Both the position numbers and the translations under genes were made by a program. A DNA stretch of 63,738 nt, counting the filler, from Intoshia linei (Eukaryota; Animalia; Orthonectida): NCBI GenBank assembly GCA_001642005.1. It is 6 parts of 6 records of this genome, joined end to end, with 100 filler letters (N's around TTAATTAATTAA, not from the genome) between each part and the next. Parts side by side here need not be neighbours in the genome. Positions count along the whole stretch, not along the records: positions 11,287 to 36,944 come from LWCA01000492.1; positions 37,045 to 56,811 come from LWCA01000718.1; 4 more parts are not named here. The stretch is one strand, 5' to 3'. Positions 24,216 through 39,514 of the stretch are shown here, piece after piece (positions within the stretch are counted from its first letter, which is position 1; every line of letters begins with the position of its first letter). The notes below the pieces were generated by a model. It did no database searches and was not told the DNA's origin. It saw only the letters and a program-made list of their open reading frames with translations.

Positions 24216-27200
24216 AAAATATTTCGAAAAATCCCCTCGAAAAGTAATTTGTGATTTGACTGAGAGGTTTTTAAAAAAAGTATTGGAAAAAGGATATTTT
24301 TTCATGAGGGCTTGAAATGGTATTTTTGATTAAATTTTATTAGTGGTGGGATTTTTGAAATAGTAAATTTTAAATAGTATAATATAATCATATTTTTATA
24401 GTAATAACAAACATAAATCAAATACAGGTATGTCTCAATTTTTTTTAAATTTTTGGGGGAAATTTAATTCCCGGAATTTTTTCCCGGTACAATCACTATA
24501 GCAACCAATATGATAATATCTATATTGTTGCATTTAATATAATTTTCACTATAAAATTAAACTTAAATCTACACTTGTATAACTATACAATAAATATCGC
24601 TGATTGAGTAATTACAAAACTTTCAAAATAATATGAAGCATAAATGAATGATAATTATTTCATTTCCGATATTTAAAGTGCGTTTAAAATGTTATTGCAT
24701 TTAGTAAAAAGTGACAATAATTTTTGGATTTATCAATAAAATCAATAATTTTTAAATTAAAATGACACAAATGTAATTTATATTTTTTAATTGATTTAAT
24801 TTTACAAATTAAATTATTTGGTTTTATACTTAATAAACCATTGAAATTTTTTTTGAATGATAATGATTTTTACCCTATTGAAAAATAAAAAACAAATAAA
24901 AGTAAATATAATAATGATGTAAATGTATATAAAATAAAAGCTAAACACATTAAAACGTAAATATTAAATTTAACATATTCAAATATTTTTGACTAATATT
25001 AATATTCAAATCTTTCAATTGAGATTTTAATTATAAATTTATCGAAGCATGTAATATTTAATTTAATTGAAAATTCTAGAAACTGTATTCCAATATCCGA
25101 GTTGCAAAATAAACTAAACTCATCCAAGTAGAATTTTGGTTAGATTCATGAAATCACACGACTGCTCAAAATTTTTCAGGCGTTAAAATTTAACTTAAAT
25201 GTGTATGTTAAAATTAAAATATACATTGAGTGGGATTATGTAAATGTGTGATATTATTGTCATAAAAATGGTAATTAAAACGAATAAAAAATAAGCTTAA
25301 TCATAGTTAAGTAAAATTTGAAATTAAACAAATAATAATTGAAAAAAGCATTGTATTAAAATGAGATCACAAACAAAAGTTAAAAGTACTCAACAATAGA
25401 AAAAATACCAATAAATGGAAATTTTAACAATTAAAACACATTTCTGGCAGGCTGGTTCTTTGTAAAAATTAAATGGTTGCAATGCAAGTGTAAATTAAAG
25501 ATTAGTGATCATTATCATTGATAAAGGGATTAAAATCGGTAGACTTAAATCTCAAGTAGATTTGACACTTGAGATTGTTGAGATAATACATGTCCCGGTA
25601 AGTCGAGTGTTTTTCAAGATTTTGGATAAATTGTACCAAATTGAATAGATAAATTGAAAAATTTAGATTGGAGCAAAAAACAAAATCTATAAATAAAAAT
25701 ATAAAAATAAATGTGTCAAATCAACTATAAATAAATATTTTAATGAGCATTGTTTAGTTATTTACAAATACCTGAAAAGAATGAATAAATATATAAATAT
25801 TCATTATTTTCTACAAAAAGGTCGATTGATAAAATTTAAACGTTTTTATTACATGTAACAATAAAAACATGCATGACACAGAATTTTATATAATTAATTT
25901 AGAAAAGTGAATATACCAATTGTAATAAAACAAAAACATGTAAATAAAAACGGAATCATATGAATAAGTTATTGATGACTGTATCACTTTATAACAATAC
26001 AAAAAGTATAACATTGAATAAATGAAATACATTGTATACTATTATAATAGTTTCACTTTTTTGAAAATCTAAATTTTTGATATTCAAAACTGCAAATTTT
26101 ACATTTTCACATCGCATGATACAAAATATTTTAAAAACTAAAGAGTAATTATGAAAATAATAAAAAAAATACAAGGTATATTTAAATTATTATTACATTA
26201 CAATAAAATATTTAAAAAGTTTCTAGTCTCATGTAAATTGCTAATTTCATTTACTGATATTCCCAAAAGATTGAAAAATCGCTTAAACAAAAATTTATAA
26301 ATTTAGACGCTTGGATATAATTATAAATTAATACGTCTATAGGGAGTTAATTTACTTGAATCTAATTTTGACTAACAAATATGCTGAATCATAAACTAAC
26401 TTGAGCTTTTAAGATAACCTAAACATTTCATCAAATATTAATAATAAGCCAAATTGTAATGTACTATTTTTTTAGCTTTCTTAATATTTTTTTTCTAAAT
26501 TTATTCATATATTAACACTAAAATTACTTATCGATTCTTTCGACCGTTTTCCAATTATTTTGGTTTTAATTTTTATTTAATTAAAAGAGTAACATTTATG
26601 AATATAAATTAGTTTTGATTCAAATTTTAAAACAAAAAAATTCAATTGAAAATCACAATCTAAGATTTAGACTAAGTAATCAATTAAGTTTTTCTAAACG
26701 ATTACACTTTTTATAAAATACAAAATGAATTAAAAAAATAAATTTAAAATGAACACATTTTTGTCTGGAAATTTCAATTTTGCTTTTAAATTCATAGGTA
26801 GGTGCGTTTTTATGAAATTGAGTTCAAGCATGCTGTAATATTTAAATTGACTGAAACAACGCACATTTCACTTTTATTTTAATAGAATTTAATGTTTAAT
26901 GTTGAAAAATGAAATTGCGTTAAAAATGGGATATATTTTTATAAATTGTTCAAATCATTTAACACAAATTCAAAAATTATTCAAAAATCAATTAACTGTT
27001 GAAAAAATTTTGCGTTAAAAATGATATGAATTGAGATGAGTCATCAAATAAATTAACACAATGTTTTTTCATATTTTTATTTCAGTTCAATTTATTAGTT
27101 TTGATTTGATTTGATTTTTTTATTGTTTTATTTTACTTGTCAATTTAATTTTCTCATTTATCACAATTTAAAAGATAAAATTAAAATAATAACTTAAATA

Positions 27201-28661
27201 TATATATTTACGTACAATAATTCATAGTTAGTTTTATTGTATCAAACTGATTATAATTTTGGGCACTGTACGACATTTAAATTAACTAAAATTGTTTCAG
27301 ATAAAGAGATAATTACATGCTATTATCAAATTTTATAGTAATTAATAGCACTTGTAATTATGAATTTGTTTATTAGAAATGAAAAAACCCCGACGGTTAT
27401 TAACAAAAGTTTCAATTAATTTGATTAATATTGACGGTGTATTTATGACAAACAATTGCGATTAATGATAAAATTATGATAGGTTTTTAAAATTATTCAC
27501 TTTTGCCCTTTAAGACAGTAGGTTAAAATCAATCTCATACACATGTCAAAATGTCGATGGGAAAATAGCCAAAAGCTATTGTTTCACATTTTTTAAAAGT
27601 AGAAATGAATTAATTCCAATTCAAAATTTTAAATTTATCTAAACATTAGTTTATAAATTTTGGATTAGTTGTAAAAGTTTAACCTCAATTGTTCAAAAAA
27701 AATTATACCATTTGACACGTTTTTTGACATTTTAGAAACAAACTAAAATTTTATGACAGTCTACGTACAACCATATAATTACGCAATTATGCGCACAACA
27801 TCAATCACTATTGAGTGGTAAAATTTTAACTACTTTTAGCTATTGAAAACTTTTAGTCAAACTGACTCAATAGGTAAAACTTTGTTTATAAAATTCTAGA
27901 CATCTCGACATGATATGTACCGATTGAACTCGAATTTAAAATAGCAACACAGTCTTGTACATTTTAATCAACTTAAATATTTGACCATAATTTATTTCAA
28001 ATTTTTATTCAAAAATTGTCTAAATTAATTAGGTGTATTAATTAAATATATTTGATTACACTAACTACCATACCTAAATGAATTTTAGATTTTGAAATTA
28101 ATTACGAAGCGTCTTCTTAAAAATGTAGGCTGGTTTTATTGTATTATGTGCAACGTAGCAAGACACTAATCAAGCATAACAATGTTACCATCAGACCAGT
28201 CTAATTGGAATGCATGGAATGTTATTACAAGAAAAGTATGAATAGACGCGCACAACTATTGGTCGTTCCATTTATACAAATACATTATCTCGATTAGCAA
28301 CAAGTACAATATACGCAATCTAATCAATCATACGTAGAATAACTGTAATCATTCAACTACGTAGTCTATGAAGCAATATTCAGCTCAATATAATGCATTA
28401 ACAAACAATAGCACTAGTCCCGCCTATACAGCATTTCAACAACAAAACCTCAATACGATTTCATTATTTTACTATCTAAGCATATTGTGTTTGAATTTAA
28501 TCATAATAGAAATTGGATAAACCAACATTCAATATTCAATAACAAAAAAACGTGTAAGTAAATTAAAATTCTATTTTATTATTCCCTTGTTTATTTGGTC
28601 TATGAACCATTGTATAATGCAATGGGCAAATTTCATTGTTTGACGTGTTATTTAGATATCA

Positions 28662-30167
28662 ATGGATGGTCCTAAACACAAAAAGTTCAAAATTGCTGAA
28701 GAATTGAATCCTCAGTCATCTAATTATTTATTGTCTTTCTCTGGTGATTTACAAAATAATGATTTACGTCTTTTGAATAGACCTTCCTTACCAAATGAAA
28801 CACACAATCAAAACGGATTTGTACCAAATTATGAAAATATGACATCAGACAGTTCTCAAGTTTGGACGAGACCAAGTTCTGATTTTACAAATTGTTCTTC
28901 TTACACGGTAGAAGATGAATTAAAAAATCAAGTAAACACAAATTCGCACACTAACATTTCAAATGGTATTAAACAGTATAATATACCAAATTCACAAGAA
29001 GGTCCACCAAGTTCATACAATGGGCACTTGGAAAATAATGTAAATAATGATAAAAAGGGTTTTAACCAATTTCCCTCCAACCAAAATGAAACAACTTCAA
29101 TTTTTGAAAATTACCCAAATACCATGAACGTAGGAATGAAATATCAAAATTATTCAAATGAAAAAATTGGTGCATCATGTGAAAATTCGGAAATTAAACC
29201 AGAGTGTGATTTGACAGAGTCGACTTCAAATGCTGATACGGCGCCTTTATCTAAAAAGAATGATGACAGAGTCAAACGACCCATGAATGCATTTATGGTT
29301 TGGAGTCGTGGACAAAGACGTCAAATGGCAGTAGAAAATCCTAAAATGCACAATTCGGAAATTAGTAAAAGACTCGGTGCAGTGTGGAAAAATTTATCTG
29401 ATACTGAAAAGCACCCATTCATTGATGAAGCAAAACGGCTACGTGATCAACACATGAAGGATCATCCCGATTATAAATATAGACCCAGAAGAAAATCAAA
29501 AAACCTTTTAAAAAAGGATAAATATGGTATGAATATGATAAATCATCAAGTGGCAAATCATCAGCAAAATTGTAATCAAAATGGTCACGCAGTACCAACC
29601 CAAATAAATTCTGTCGGTCGTTCAGATATATATGGAAAACAAATGGGCAATACATTTATGAATAATGGTATGGAAATTCCTCAAAATAATTATTTATTTA
29701 ATGGTATGAACCCTTTTGAACAACAAAACATGAATGTATCTCCCTACTCTTATCAACACATTAATAGCCAATTTCAACCAGTATCAATGTATCAACAGAT
29801 GCAACCTAATCAGACTATCAATAGTCACACAGACATTCACAATAGAATCCAAGGTCAAGAAATTAGAAATTTAAATTCTAATACTCGCATGTACGACCAA
29901 ATGCCTTATTGTGGACCCAATACTCAATACCTCAACAATTATTCTCAGAATCCTAATTCTACAAATTTTATGCGACCTCAAAATTTAAATCAATTACCCA
30001 ATATTTCTAATCATGAAATGACAAATTCCACTAGTGCCCACGATAAAAATAATTTTTCCTCCTCTCAAGTTCAAATGGGTCAAAATTTAAACTTTAATTC
30101 AAACAGACTTTTTTCGGAAAACCATAATACAAATTCCACTGAATGTGATTCTAAAAGAAGTATATAA
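28662..30167 (+). CDS. SoxB1: SoxB1-group HMG-box transcription factor (Sox1/2/3 / SoxNeuro-like), single coding exon
   Basis: HMG box '[42 protein letters not shown]...[21 protein letters not shown]' with the group-B motif, flanked by N/Q-rich sequence. Probable upstream intron at 28554-28656. Confidence 0.95.
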   Translation: MDGPKHKKFKIAEELNPQSSNYLLSFSGDLQNNDLRLLNRPSLPNETHNQNGFVPNYENMTSDSSQVWTRPSSDFTNCSSYTVEDELKNQVNTNSHTNISNGIKQYNIPNSQEGPPSSYNGHLENNVNNDKKGFNQFPSNQNETTSIFENYPNTMNVGMKYQNYSNEKIGASCENSEIKPECDLTESTSNADTAPLSKKNDDRVKRPMNAFMVWSRGQRRQMAVENPKMHNSEISKRLGAVWKNLSDTEKHPFIDEAKRLRDQHMKDHPDYKYRPRRKSKNLLKKDKYGMNMINHQVANHQQNCNQNGHAVPTQINSVGRSDIYGKQMGNTFMNNGMEIPQNNYLFNGMNPFEQQNMNVSPYSYQHINSQFQPVSMYQQMQPNQTINSHTDIHNRIQGQEIRNLNSNTRMYDQMPYCGPNTQYLNNYSQNPNSTNFMRPQNLNQLPNISNHEMTNSTSAHDKNNFSSSQVQMGQNLNFNSNRLFSENHNTNSTECDSKRSI

Positions 30168-30704
30168 TTACTAATATAAATACAAATTGTCCAAATACAA
30201 AAATAAACGTTTATATTTATTAATTGATTCCATTTTTAAAATGAATCACTGCGGGTAGCTGCGAAGCTGACCTGGATACTGAAGTTTTTATAGAGTCAAT
30301 TTTGTATTTAATTAATGTCATTTATTGACATGATTTTTTTTTGTAAATTTTTAATTTTTCTCAGGAAAATTACATTTTATATTTATCAATGAATTTACAA
30401 TTTAACAATTAAGCACGTTTCATTTATCCCAACTTTTTATTTTACACTTGTTCAACGTTTTATTCATGGTCTAAGACGTGATTAAATATTCGGCACACCA
30501 AAGCAAAATTTCTCAATGATTGTGATCGTTAATTAATCTAGTACAAAAGAAGCCTAAATGTTTTTCCTTAGTATGATTCAACTTCCCTCTAGTCATTGAA
30601 TTGAAATTTGGACAACTAATTCGAATCAAACATTTAAATATTTTGCTCCAAGGAATACTATTAACAATTATAATTTTAATGTAAAATAATTAGTTTGTTT
30701 TCCA

Positions 30705-33700
30705 TCAGGATTTTTTGTTCCAATAATGTATTATTTGATAAAATAACATTCCATTGCAAAAACTTAACACTGTTACATTTATCAGGTATAAAGTATCGAT
30801 ATTATCACACAGTACAGTGATAAATCGCACAAATGATCCAATGAAAATAAGTCCTGTTGTAATCGCAGATAAATTTCCAGTTGATTTGTTGTTAAAATTT
30901 AAATAAATTTGTATCAACTAAAAAATACATAATTAAAAAATGGGTTATTAATTATAAATACAACGCAATAGTAAAATTTGATATATTCGTTATAAAAAAA
31001 AACCATGAAATTTAAATTAAAAAAATAAAGTACCATTTAACATTGTGCGTTAATTTTTAATTTAAAATTTCAATTTAATTATATTAAAATTACCCTTGCT
31101 AAACTTGCTGTGACAATGGAAGATGCTTGTAAAGTTATGACCAGTATTTCTGGTAATACGGCAATATAATTGTACAAATTAAAAAATACTGTAAAGATTG
31201 ATGAAATTATTATTGTTTTGGAGATTGGCAGTCGGTAGTAACAAATTAAAAGAAAAACTATTACATTTTGGATTAAAATAAAAACAGATTCTCCAAATAT
31301 TCTAAAAATATGAATTTCAAAGATATTTTAGAATATTAAAGAATTATCAAAATTTCAGATGAGGAACCCAACACTATACATTATTTGCTTTGTGGAATAG
31401 TCACACCTTAACCTACCAAAGGTAAGTTACCGCACGATAACTTCTTTGATCATCATTTTAAAATCATTTTAAAATGTCAAATATAACTATTTGACGGGTA
31501 AAGTCTTGGATTCCAGACCCGTGCACGATGTATTATATATTTAATTTAATTTTTAAGTTTTGTTAACTATTTCTGTTTATTTCAATTTTTTTAAAATTTG
31601 ATAACCGGGTATCCAGCTTTATTAACACTAAATTAATGATTAATGCAAGCTCTACTTGTTAAAAAAATGAAAAACTGCTTAAAGAGAAACATTTTTGAAA
31701 CGATACTGTCAAGTTTTATCCCTAAAGAATTGATAAAAATAATTATACCTTTATATGATTAAGATAATACAAATGTCTAAAGTCGACACTAATTGTGATC
31801 ACATTTTATGTACATTTTTGTATATTGGTTTGTCAACATTTTAAAAGTTACATAAATCAGCCTCAGTGGTTGCAAACTTATCAAAATGCCCGTAGGGGAC
31901 ATTAATGTAATAGATGAGAAATTTTACTTAAATCTTGAAGCAATTTTTTTTAAAATCTCACTATATATTTATTCATGTTATAATACATTTACGTGATATT
32001 TTCAAAACTCGCTATTAAGCGTAATACAGTCTAAGTCAGTAATTTCCAACTATGTGGGTATTTACCCACAAGTGGGTAATTTCACATTTTTCATGGGTAA
32101 TCGCGAAATTTAATGAAAAATAGGATTTTTTTTATTTTTTTGCGCGCATGCACAGTAATGTATAAAATATAATTTTGACATTGAAAAAAATAAAAAAAAA
32201 TTCCCTTTTTTTTTTTTTAAATAAAATCAGCCCTATAAGATAAATAAATGATTTTATTATTTTATAAAATTAGTTTTTTAAAAAATTTATATGGCTTATT
32301 CTAAAAACCTGACCATCCAATATGCAGTTAAAACATATTGTGGGTAAGTATAATTGTACTCTAATATGGGTAATCTAGTAAAAAAGGTTAAGAAACACTG
32401 GTCTAAGTCCTTATTAACGGTTTCCTTTTTAATTCCGTTAATATGATATTTTACCCATATTAACACACTTGTTAACGGAATTTAATTTTTTAATTAAAAA
32501 CTATTAAATGGTAATATTTCTTTTATTTTGAGTTTTTTAATAATACATGACAATGTAATATACACAAAACATTATCAATGGGTCCGTATAGACTCCTTGG
32601 TCAACAGCAGTTTTTTTAGGGTCCTTGAAAAGTTTTAAACTATTTACAGAAATAAAATAAAGTTAAAAATGATGTTTCTGCACTGATATTAATATTTTCT
32701 AATTAACGCCATCTAACTGAATATCTATTAAAAATTTGATAAAAAACCTGGTATTTTATACAGGGCTGTTCAATAAATTAGCATGATTGTTAAACTTTTG
32801 ACCCATATAAGATGAGATGGACATTAATCTGATGAATTTTAATTTTATTGATGAATAACATCGAGTGATCACTACCAAAAGGATGTTAGTGAAAAAGTGC
32901 GTATTAAAAAATTCACATCATGGAGAGAAATTATAAAACGTGGATGCAATAATCAAAAATAAAACTTTAATCGTTGTTGAATTATAATTTTTTGCATTCT
33001 TAGGTATATTATTATTTCTAAAAATATTTAAATTTTTATCATTCAGTATGGGTAAAAGACAAGACATTTCTTCAAAAAAAAGACACCATAATCGTTATAC
33101 TGCAAACTTCTAATTGGATACAAAAAAAAGTAGCTGATGTAAACGGTGTGTCTCAGTCAGTAGTATCTATGTTAAAAAAAATCTTTGGAAGGATATCATC
33201 ATATTTCTACTTCAAAAAGGAATAATTGTGGGAGACAAAATCCACTAATAAAAAAACCGATAGAATAATAGTGAAAACTTCTCTGAGATCTTTTAAAATT
33301 ATTTGTAAACTTACCCCATTTTTATTGTTTCATATTTCATTTTATGAATTAAAATTATTATAAATTAATTAAATTTGTTAGTTTTAACATAATTTTTTGA
33401 GTAAAGATTTTTTTGTGCGACTCGTGTAATAATTTTTTTTCACATTTGGCCCGCCAAGCAAATTGAATCTGACACCCCTGTTCTAGAGCTTTAGAGATAA
33501 AATTTTTATTAACGGAATTTTTGGTTCATACAAATTCGTTAAGAAAAAATACATAATTCTAGATTTCGCTAACAAAAATTGTGTTAATAAGGATTTGACT
33601 GTATTTAAAAATTTTATTTCACGTAAATGGCTAAAGTAGACTGAAAACAGGTTTTGGAAGAGTGAACGAATGAACCATTCACATTGAATACCATTTTATT

Positions 33701-34305
33701 TTAGTAGCTAGTTATCACAAAATTTTAGCGATCCCTACAATTTTTAAAATAATTTAACAATATTTTTACTGTAAAAACAAAAAATTGTTACAAATTCTTC
33801 AGGATTATACATACTGGCACCTGAGACAGCAAAGCTGTGTCACGTAACGAAGCTTCATACTTTTCCGTAAAAGAGTCATAAATGGTGTTTGATGACCACT
33901 TACTATCAAATCATTATGTATTTAAAATAAACTTACGAAAATGGCACATGTTTGTAAAACCCATAAATGGAAACAGACGTAGCAGCAAAAATATCCAAAA
34001 ATGTACTAAATAGACTTAATCCTCTTGCATTTCCGGATCTAACAATTTTAATAATTTGTGGTAATTTCACTAAAACTTATCTTTTTAAAAAAAATAAATA
34101 CTCACCAATAGCAGAGCATGTAACTATTCCCATTCCCAATATTTTCAATAAAGCTAATTTTATGCATACAACTAAATTTTTTTAAAAAAACGTTTTACAA
34201 TTGCAACCTACTTGATAAGAGTGTTGATAGATTTTTCTCTAATGAAACACATTTCTCTATAGATAATGTACTGTATACCAGGTTCAAAATACTTGTGACT
34301 GTCAT
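30705..34305 (-). CDS. MPDU1: Mannose-P-dolichol utilization defect 1 (PQ-loop membrane protein), 5 exons
   Basis: 'CIKLALLKILGMGIVTCSAIVKLPQIIKIVRSGNARGLSLFS...YGFYKHVPFSIFGESVFILIQNVIVFLLI' and last exon 'IQIYLNFNNKSTGNLSAITT...GSFVRFITV...QIIHYWNKKS*'. Confidence 0.9.
32037..32400. mobile_element. hAT MITE nested in the TIR of the pogo-type MITE
   Basis: cagtaatttccaac ... gttaagaaacactg, with perfect 8-bp TSD GTCTAAGT (32029-36 and 32401-08). Confidence 0.85.
32761..33290 (+). mobile_element. 5' remnant of a Tc1 element
   Basis: TA|cagggctgttcaataaa end. Decayed 'MGKRQDISSKK...VADVNGVSQSVVS...NNCGR' HTH/GRPR-like region from 33048. Confidence 0.6.
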
Positions 34306-36677
34306 ATTAAAAATGTGAACTTTAGTATGTGAGAAACAATTTGTTTATTTATAGTGCTACATTGTGTAGCTGCTATTGTTGTATAATATTGAGTAATATT
34401 TTTAACTTGGTAACTTTGTAAAAAAATGTATTTTAACCAGATTTTTAATTGTGTCATTAGAACCATGTTAATTACATTTTAACGATTTAGTTGTTTTGAA
34501 TCGATATTACAGCATTCCAATTTGCAATAAATTTATAACGTTGAGACAAAGATAAGTTTAGCTTTTTTGTATTACGTAGCAACTGGTTGATTTTGACGAG
34601 GGTTCACGATTCCAATTTTATTTTAAAAAATAATAAAAACTAAACCAAAATAACCAGAAAATAGTTAAAATCTTTACTTAGAATCAATAAAATTGAATGT
34701 ATAATTTACCTTCCGTCTGTATTACATGTATGTATTTTTTATTTGAAATTTGAAATACAGATGTATATGACAAATAAGATTATTAATTTACATTTGTAAA
34801 TTTACTGATTGAAAAATTAATTTGGTATCAAAAAATTAATTTTCGTTTATTTACTTATTTTGACCCAAAATTGATTTGACGCTAAATGAAACGAGCTGAA
34901 TTGTTTACTTGATGAACATTTGGCTGAAATGCTGCTACCAGTAAAAATTTGATGATAAATTGCTGAGTTTTTGATAAATTGGTAGAGAAAATTTTTAAAT
35001 TTAAAGATGCAAAATTCAGAAATTAAATTGATTATCGTTCCACCAAAAACGGCCTAAAGGGTTTATTGTTTTTTAAATTATTGACTGAAATATATGAAAT
35101 TAAAATTAAAAAAAATTAAAATATTAGAATAAAATAAATTAACAATTAAGAGTCCTAGAAATATAAAAAACAAAAATCCTGATAGATTTTAAAGTCTAAT
35201 GCAGTCTTATGAATTTTATTCTCTGAAATTTTCATCTACGGTAAAACACAAATTACCCCGTTTTTAAAAATGAAAATAGGTGAGAGTCCCATAAATTTTG
35301 ATTAAAATTGTCGTTTTTTTAAAAAATTACTAAGTACCAATAAAATAATAAATTTGACATATTTATCTCTAAATAATTTTCAAACCACTTGGAGGTAACA
35401 TCCCCGTCGAGAATAATTTCTGAGAAGAATAAACTAAAATAAAATATTTGGAAATAAAAGTGTAATTAAACATATATAAGAATCATGTACGGGTCAAAGT
35501 TTCGAACCTTTGACAATTTTTTATTGTGGTAGATAAAATGAGTTTGGGACCACTGTTCTAGAGTCTATGTCTCTTAGAAGTTTTAAACTTTAATATACAG
35601 TTCTTTTATTAAAATTCTTTTAATCTTGTGAAATAAATTATAGTAAACCTAAATGATCATAATCCTGGTTCATATCCCTCTAAAACTGTACATCAGTGTA
35701 TATCAACCATTATAAGCAAAATTTTGTGAATAAATAATACCCACATAAAGATCTCTTATAGTAAATTAAAAAATTATCAAAAAAATATTAAAAAAAAAGA
35801 AAAGAGTTTTATCAAGCTTTTTTATAATAATAAACATTAATTTTTTACAGTACTGAATGTAAATTTAAATTTTCTGGAAATAGTCTACTGATGTCAATAC
35901 TGTTGTAGGATTCAAAAAACAAATTATAAATTCAATATACAATATTATAATTCTTTAATCAAAGCCGCTGCACCATCGATGATTATAAACAAAAATTTAT
36001 TCCATATAATATTATTTTAAGTTCTGATTCTGTAAAGGTGTAATTAACACATTTTATTACTTTACAATTATTTTATTGATGTAATAAAATAAACGTAAAC
36101 GTTGATGTGTATTTTTTGTAACTCTTTAATTTTTTACTCTAAATTACAATTCACAGTATTATATCATAATGTGAAAAGTTACTCATTTTGTCAATTAATA
36201 AGATTTATTTTATATTTTTCAAAAAATAAATAAATTAACTAAGATAAATTTTATAAATCTGATGGGATTCACTACCATAGCATCATCGTTTAAAAAGTTT
36301 TATGTAGGCTAATTCCTGGTTAATTGACTTATTTGTTTAGCCCGTGTTCGCCAAAATGGGTGAGAAATATTTTGAAATTGAAATTCTATACTTTCCATTG
36401 AATAGGGCTTCGTAATGTAACAAAATTTTTTAAATTTTTTAAAATAATCACTGACAATATCGAAGATAGAAATAATTTCCTCATAATGTGGGCATTTGAA
36501 GATTTTAACCGGTGTCTATGGTAATAAAATATTCACAAAAATGATGAATTATAATTAAGGCCATTTTTTTAAAATATAAAATTAAAAAATGTAACTTATA
36601 AAGCGAAATTTCATAACTTATAAAAAAATTTTTTGTGAACTATACTGTAAACTTATTAAGTTGAACTTTTATAAAAC

Positions 36678-36944
36678 TCCTTACTTATTTATAAAACTTA
36701 CTAATATATGCTTTGTTTGTCTGTGTGTTATCGTTTATTTCAATAACTACCAGTCTTAGAATTTTATAAAGTCCACATTTCTATTACAGTTGTTCCCGGG
36801 TGTGATATTAAGATCAATTTAAACCTCCCAATTTAACATCTTACGGGTCAAAAACCCTAGTTGTCCTTCTTTTTGAAAATCAAACGAGTTGGAAAATTTA
36901 AAAAAATATATACTCTGATACGGATTTTAAAATCATAAACATTA
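36678..36944 (+). mobile_element. Helitron 5' portion running into a gap
   Basis: 'tccttactta...tttgtttgtctgtgtgttatcgtttatttcaataactac', matching 15115 onward. Confidence 0.75.
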
Positions 36945-38039
36945 NNNNNNNNNNNNNNNNNNNNNNNNNNNNNNNNNNNNNNNNNNNNTTAATTAATTAA
37001 NNNNNNNNNNNNNNNNNNNNNNNNNNNNNNNNNNNNNNNNNNNNTATATATTTAAGGTTTCTCATCCGTAAAATTTAATAACAAAACCACAGATTAATAA
37101 CCTATTATGTTTTTTTATTATAATAAAAAAATACCTTTTCTCATATTGTAGCTTAAAAATAAAATGTGAAACAAATAAAATTGGCAAAATTGCAATAAAT
37201 TGATGGGTTTTTCAGAAATGATTTACAACAATGAAAATACGTAGTGTATTTATGGTTTAATTATTAATGACTAAAACGCAACTACATAATCATAAATTTA
37301 GTTATTACTTACATTTGTGTATGTATAGTTAAATAGATAATAAGGAAATAGTACAATAAGTTATTTTTTATTAATCTTTCAGATTAAAACTTAATTTGTA
37401 AAGTATTTAAGACCCTAATAATATATAACTAATTATTAATGATCATTGATCAATGATCATCTTATTGAACTCATTTAAAATATTCCAACAAAGACGATTG
37501 GAAAGACAAACCTTATAGCATTAGAATCTAATGATTAGATTAACAATTGTTCATGACAAAACTACTAAAAATCCAAGAAAATAAAAAGGTTAAAATAAAT
37601 AAATTATGTTTTAAAATAAAGTAAACATATGTTTATTTTCATAAAAGTTTAAATATCATTTTGAAAAATTAATTAGAGCCTGCAAGTTGATTAGTGTATA
37701 AAAGTAATTTTTTTCAACGAATTAACACTTTAAATGTATATAAGCATCTAATTATTCCTGAGCGGCATTGCATTTAAGATACCGTTGACACCCTAATGCA
37801 CGCCAATTACTTTTAATGCGATAATAGTTACATGCAATTTGATAATGGGCTTTTTTCGAAAAATCTTACGTAAATATAAACAGAAACTTCGTTACAACTA
37901 ATTAAAATTATAACAAGTATTATATGGGCCAAAATTTCTATTTTTTTACGTCAGTATTAAGGGATTTCTAAAAATGACTTTTTTCTAACTGTATTTTTTA
38001 TTAAAAGTTTTAAAATTGATTTCGAATAATATAATAATA

Positions 38040-39514
38040 AGAAAGTTTATGAATATAAACAAGGCTATGTATGGAATTGTGATAAAACTGGATTATACTA
38101 TAAACGGGAATCTAAAAAAACTCTAGCCACTTCTGAAATCGTAATATTTGTAGTAAAACAAAAAAAGGAGAGGATAAAAATTTTATTGTGTCTATGTGCG
38201 GAGAAAAGGCTGATCCACTTTTTATTGGAATATTGAAAAATTTTCTTCGGATTCTCTGAAGCATCAGATATTGATTATGCAACCTGTTTTAAAAAAATTA
38301 AACTAATTGATGGAATATTAAGCATGTAATTCTGTTAAGGGTGATACTATTATAAACTATATAGAAAATCAATTGAATTATAACTTGATAATTATCAAAA
38401 TTTGATATAAATATGTCCAGCTATGTTAATAATAATAATAAGAATGCATAATAATCAGTGGTTTCAAAAGTGGTTCATAGGAAATTGTAGATGGTCCACA
38501 ATAAAAATTTTAAATAAAATGAATATACTCTTTTTTTAACAATAAAATTAGATTAGAATATTATTTATTATCGATCATTTATTATTATTATTTGTGAACG
38601 TAAACATTTTATCAAAAAGAAGGGAAGTTTCACTGAATAACGTTAATAATTTTCACGTGCCTTAAATTTAATCTAATTAAAGCTTTAAATAAGTTGAATA
38701 GTAGATCCCAAAGCCAAACTTTAAAAAATTTCGCAAACGAATTTTAGTGTCATATAACCCTATCCACCTCTCTAAGACTCTTGAGTTGACATTTTAAATT
38801 TAAAATACAAATTATTTATGATATTCAAGAATATTTTAATGCTAAATTTAGTAAATTCATACCTCCATTTAAAAAAAAATTTCGTCGAGACCCCTCCGAC
38901 GTCGAATCTCGGATACGGTAGGTTTAGCACTGTTAGTTTATTTATCATATATGTATATTATACAATTTATTATTATTACATAAATTCCATTTAAGTTAAC
39001 AAAAAAATGTATAAGTATGTTTGAAATGAATAATTGTTTTAATTACGTCATAGAAGCTACTAATTCAAAACGAATGTAAAATTTTTAATTTAACTTAAAT
39101 TTTAAGGAGGAGTATATAACAAAAACATACAAGTGTTACATTAGTGACATGTTCAGGATTACAGCAATTTCTAAAAAACATTATGTGATCTACGGTAAAA
39201 AAAGTTTGGGAACCACTGTTCCATATGATGATGTGGACCAAGAGAACTTCATAATAAACAACATTATTAACAAGGAAGGTATAGTAATAGATTCCAGTAC
39301 CGATGAAAATTCTACTTCTGAAGAATTGGACCATATATCCTTAACACATAGAATTACGTACGATGAAACAATTATGCATATTCATAATCTTGAAAATTTT
39401 TTTACTGAAATTATTCCTAAATTAATGGATGAAATATTTACTATAAAAGAAATTATATATACCAATTTAAAAAAAGAAGAACCCTCAAACATTGATTATA
39501 TTATTAGGAAGTAA
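38040..39514 (+). pseudogene. Decayed pogo/Tigger-like transposase fragments, interrupted by MITE pieces
   Basis: 'VKQKKERIKILLCLCA-EKADPLFIG' (~38150-38230) resembles the DDE_1 'KERITVLLC...EK..PLVIG' motif. ORF 39149-39514 has an acidic stretch and a tail typical of Tigger C-termini. Confidence 0.55.

Larger units (their letters stand above)
32027..33601. mobile_element. pogo-type MITE (same family as 22348) hosting nested insertions, in an MPDU1 intron
   Basis: TA|cagtctaagt... and ...gttaataaggatttgactg|TA. Collinear with 22348-22896 outside the inserts. Confidence 0.8.
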
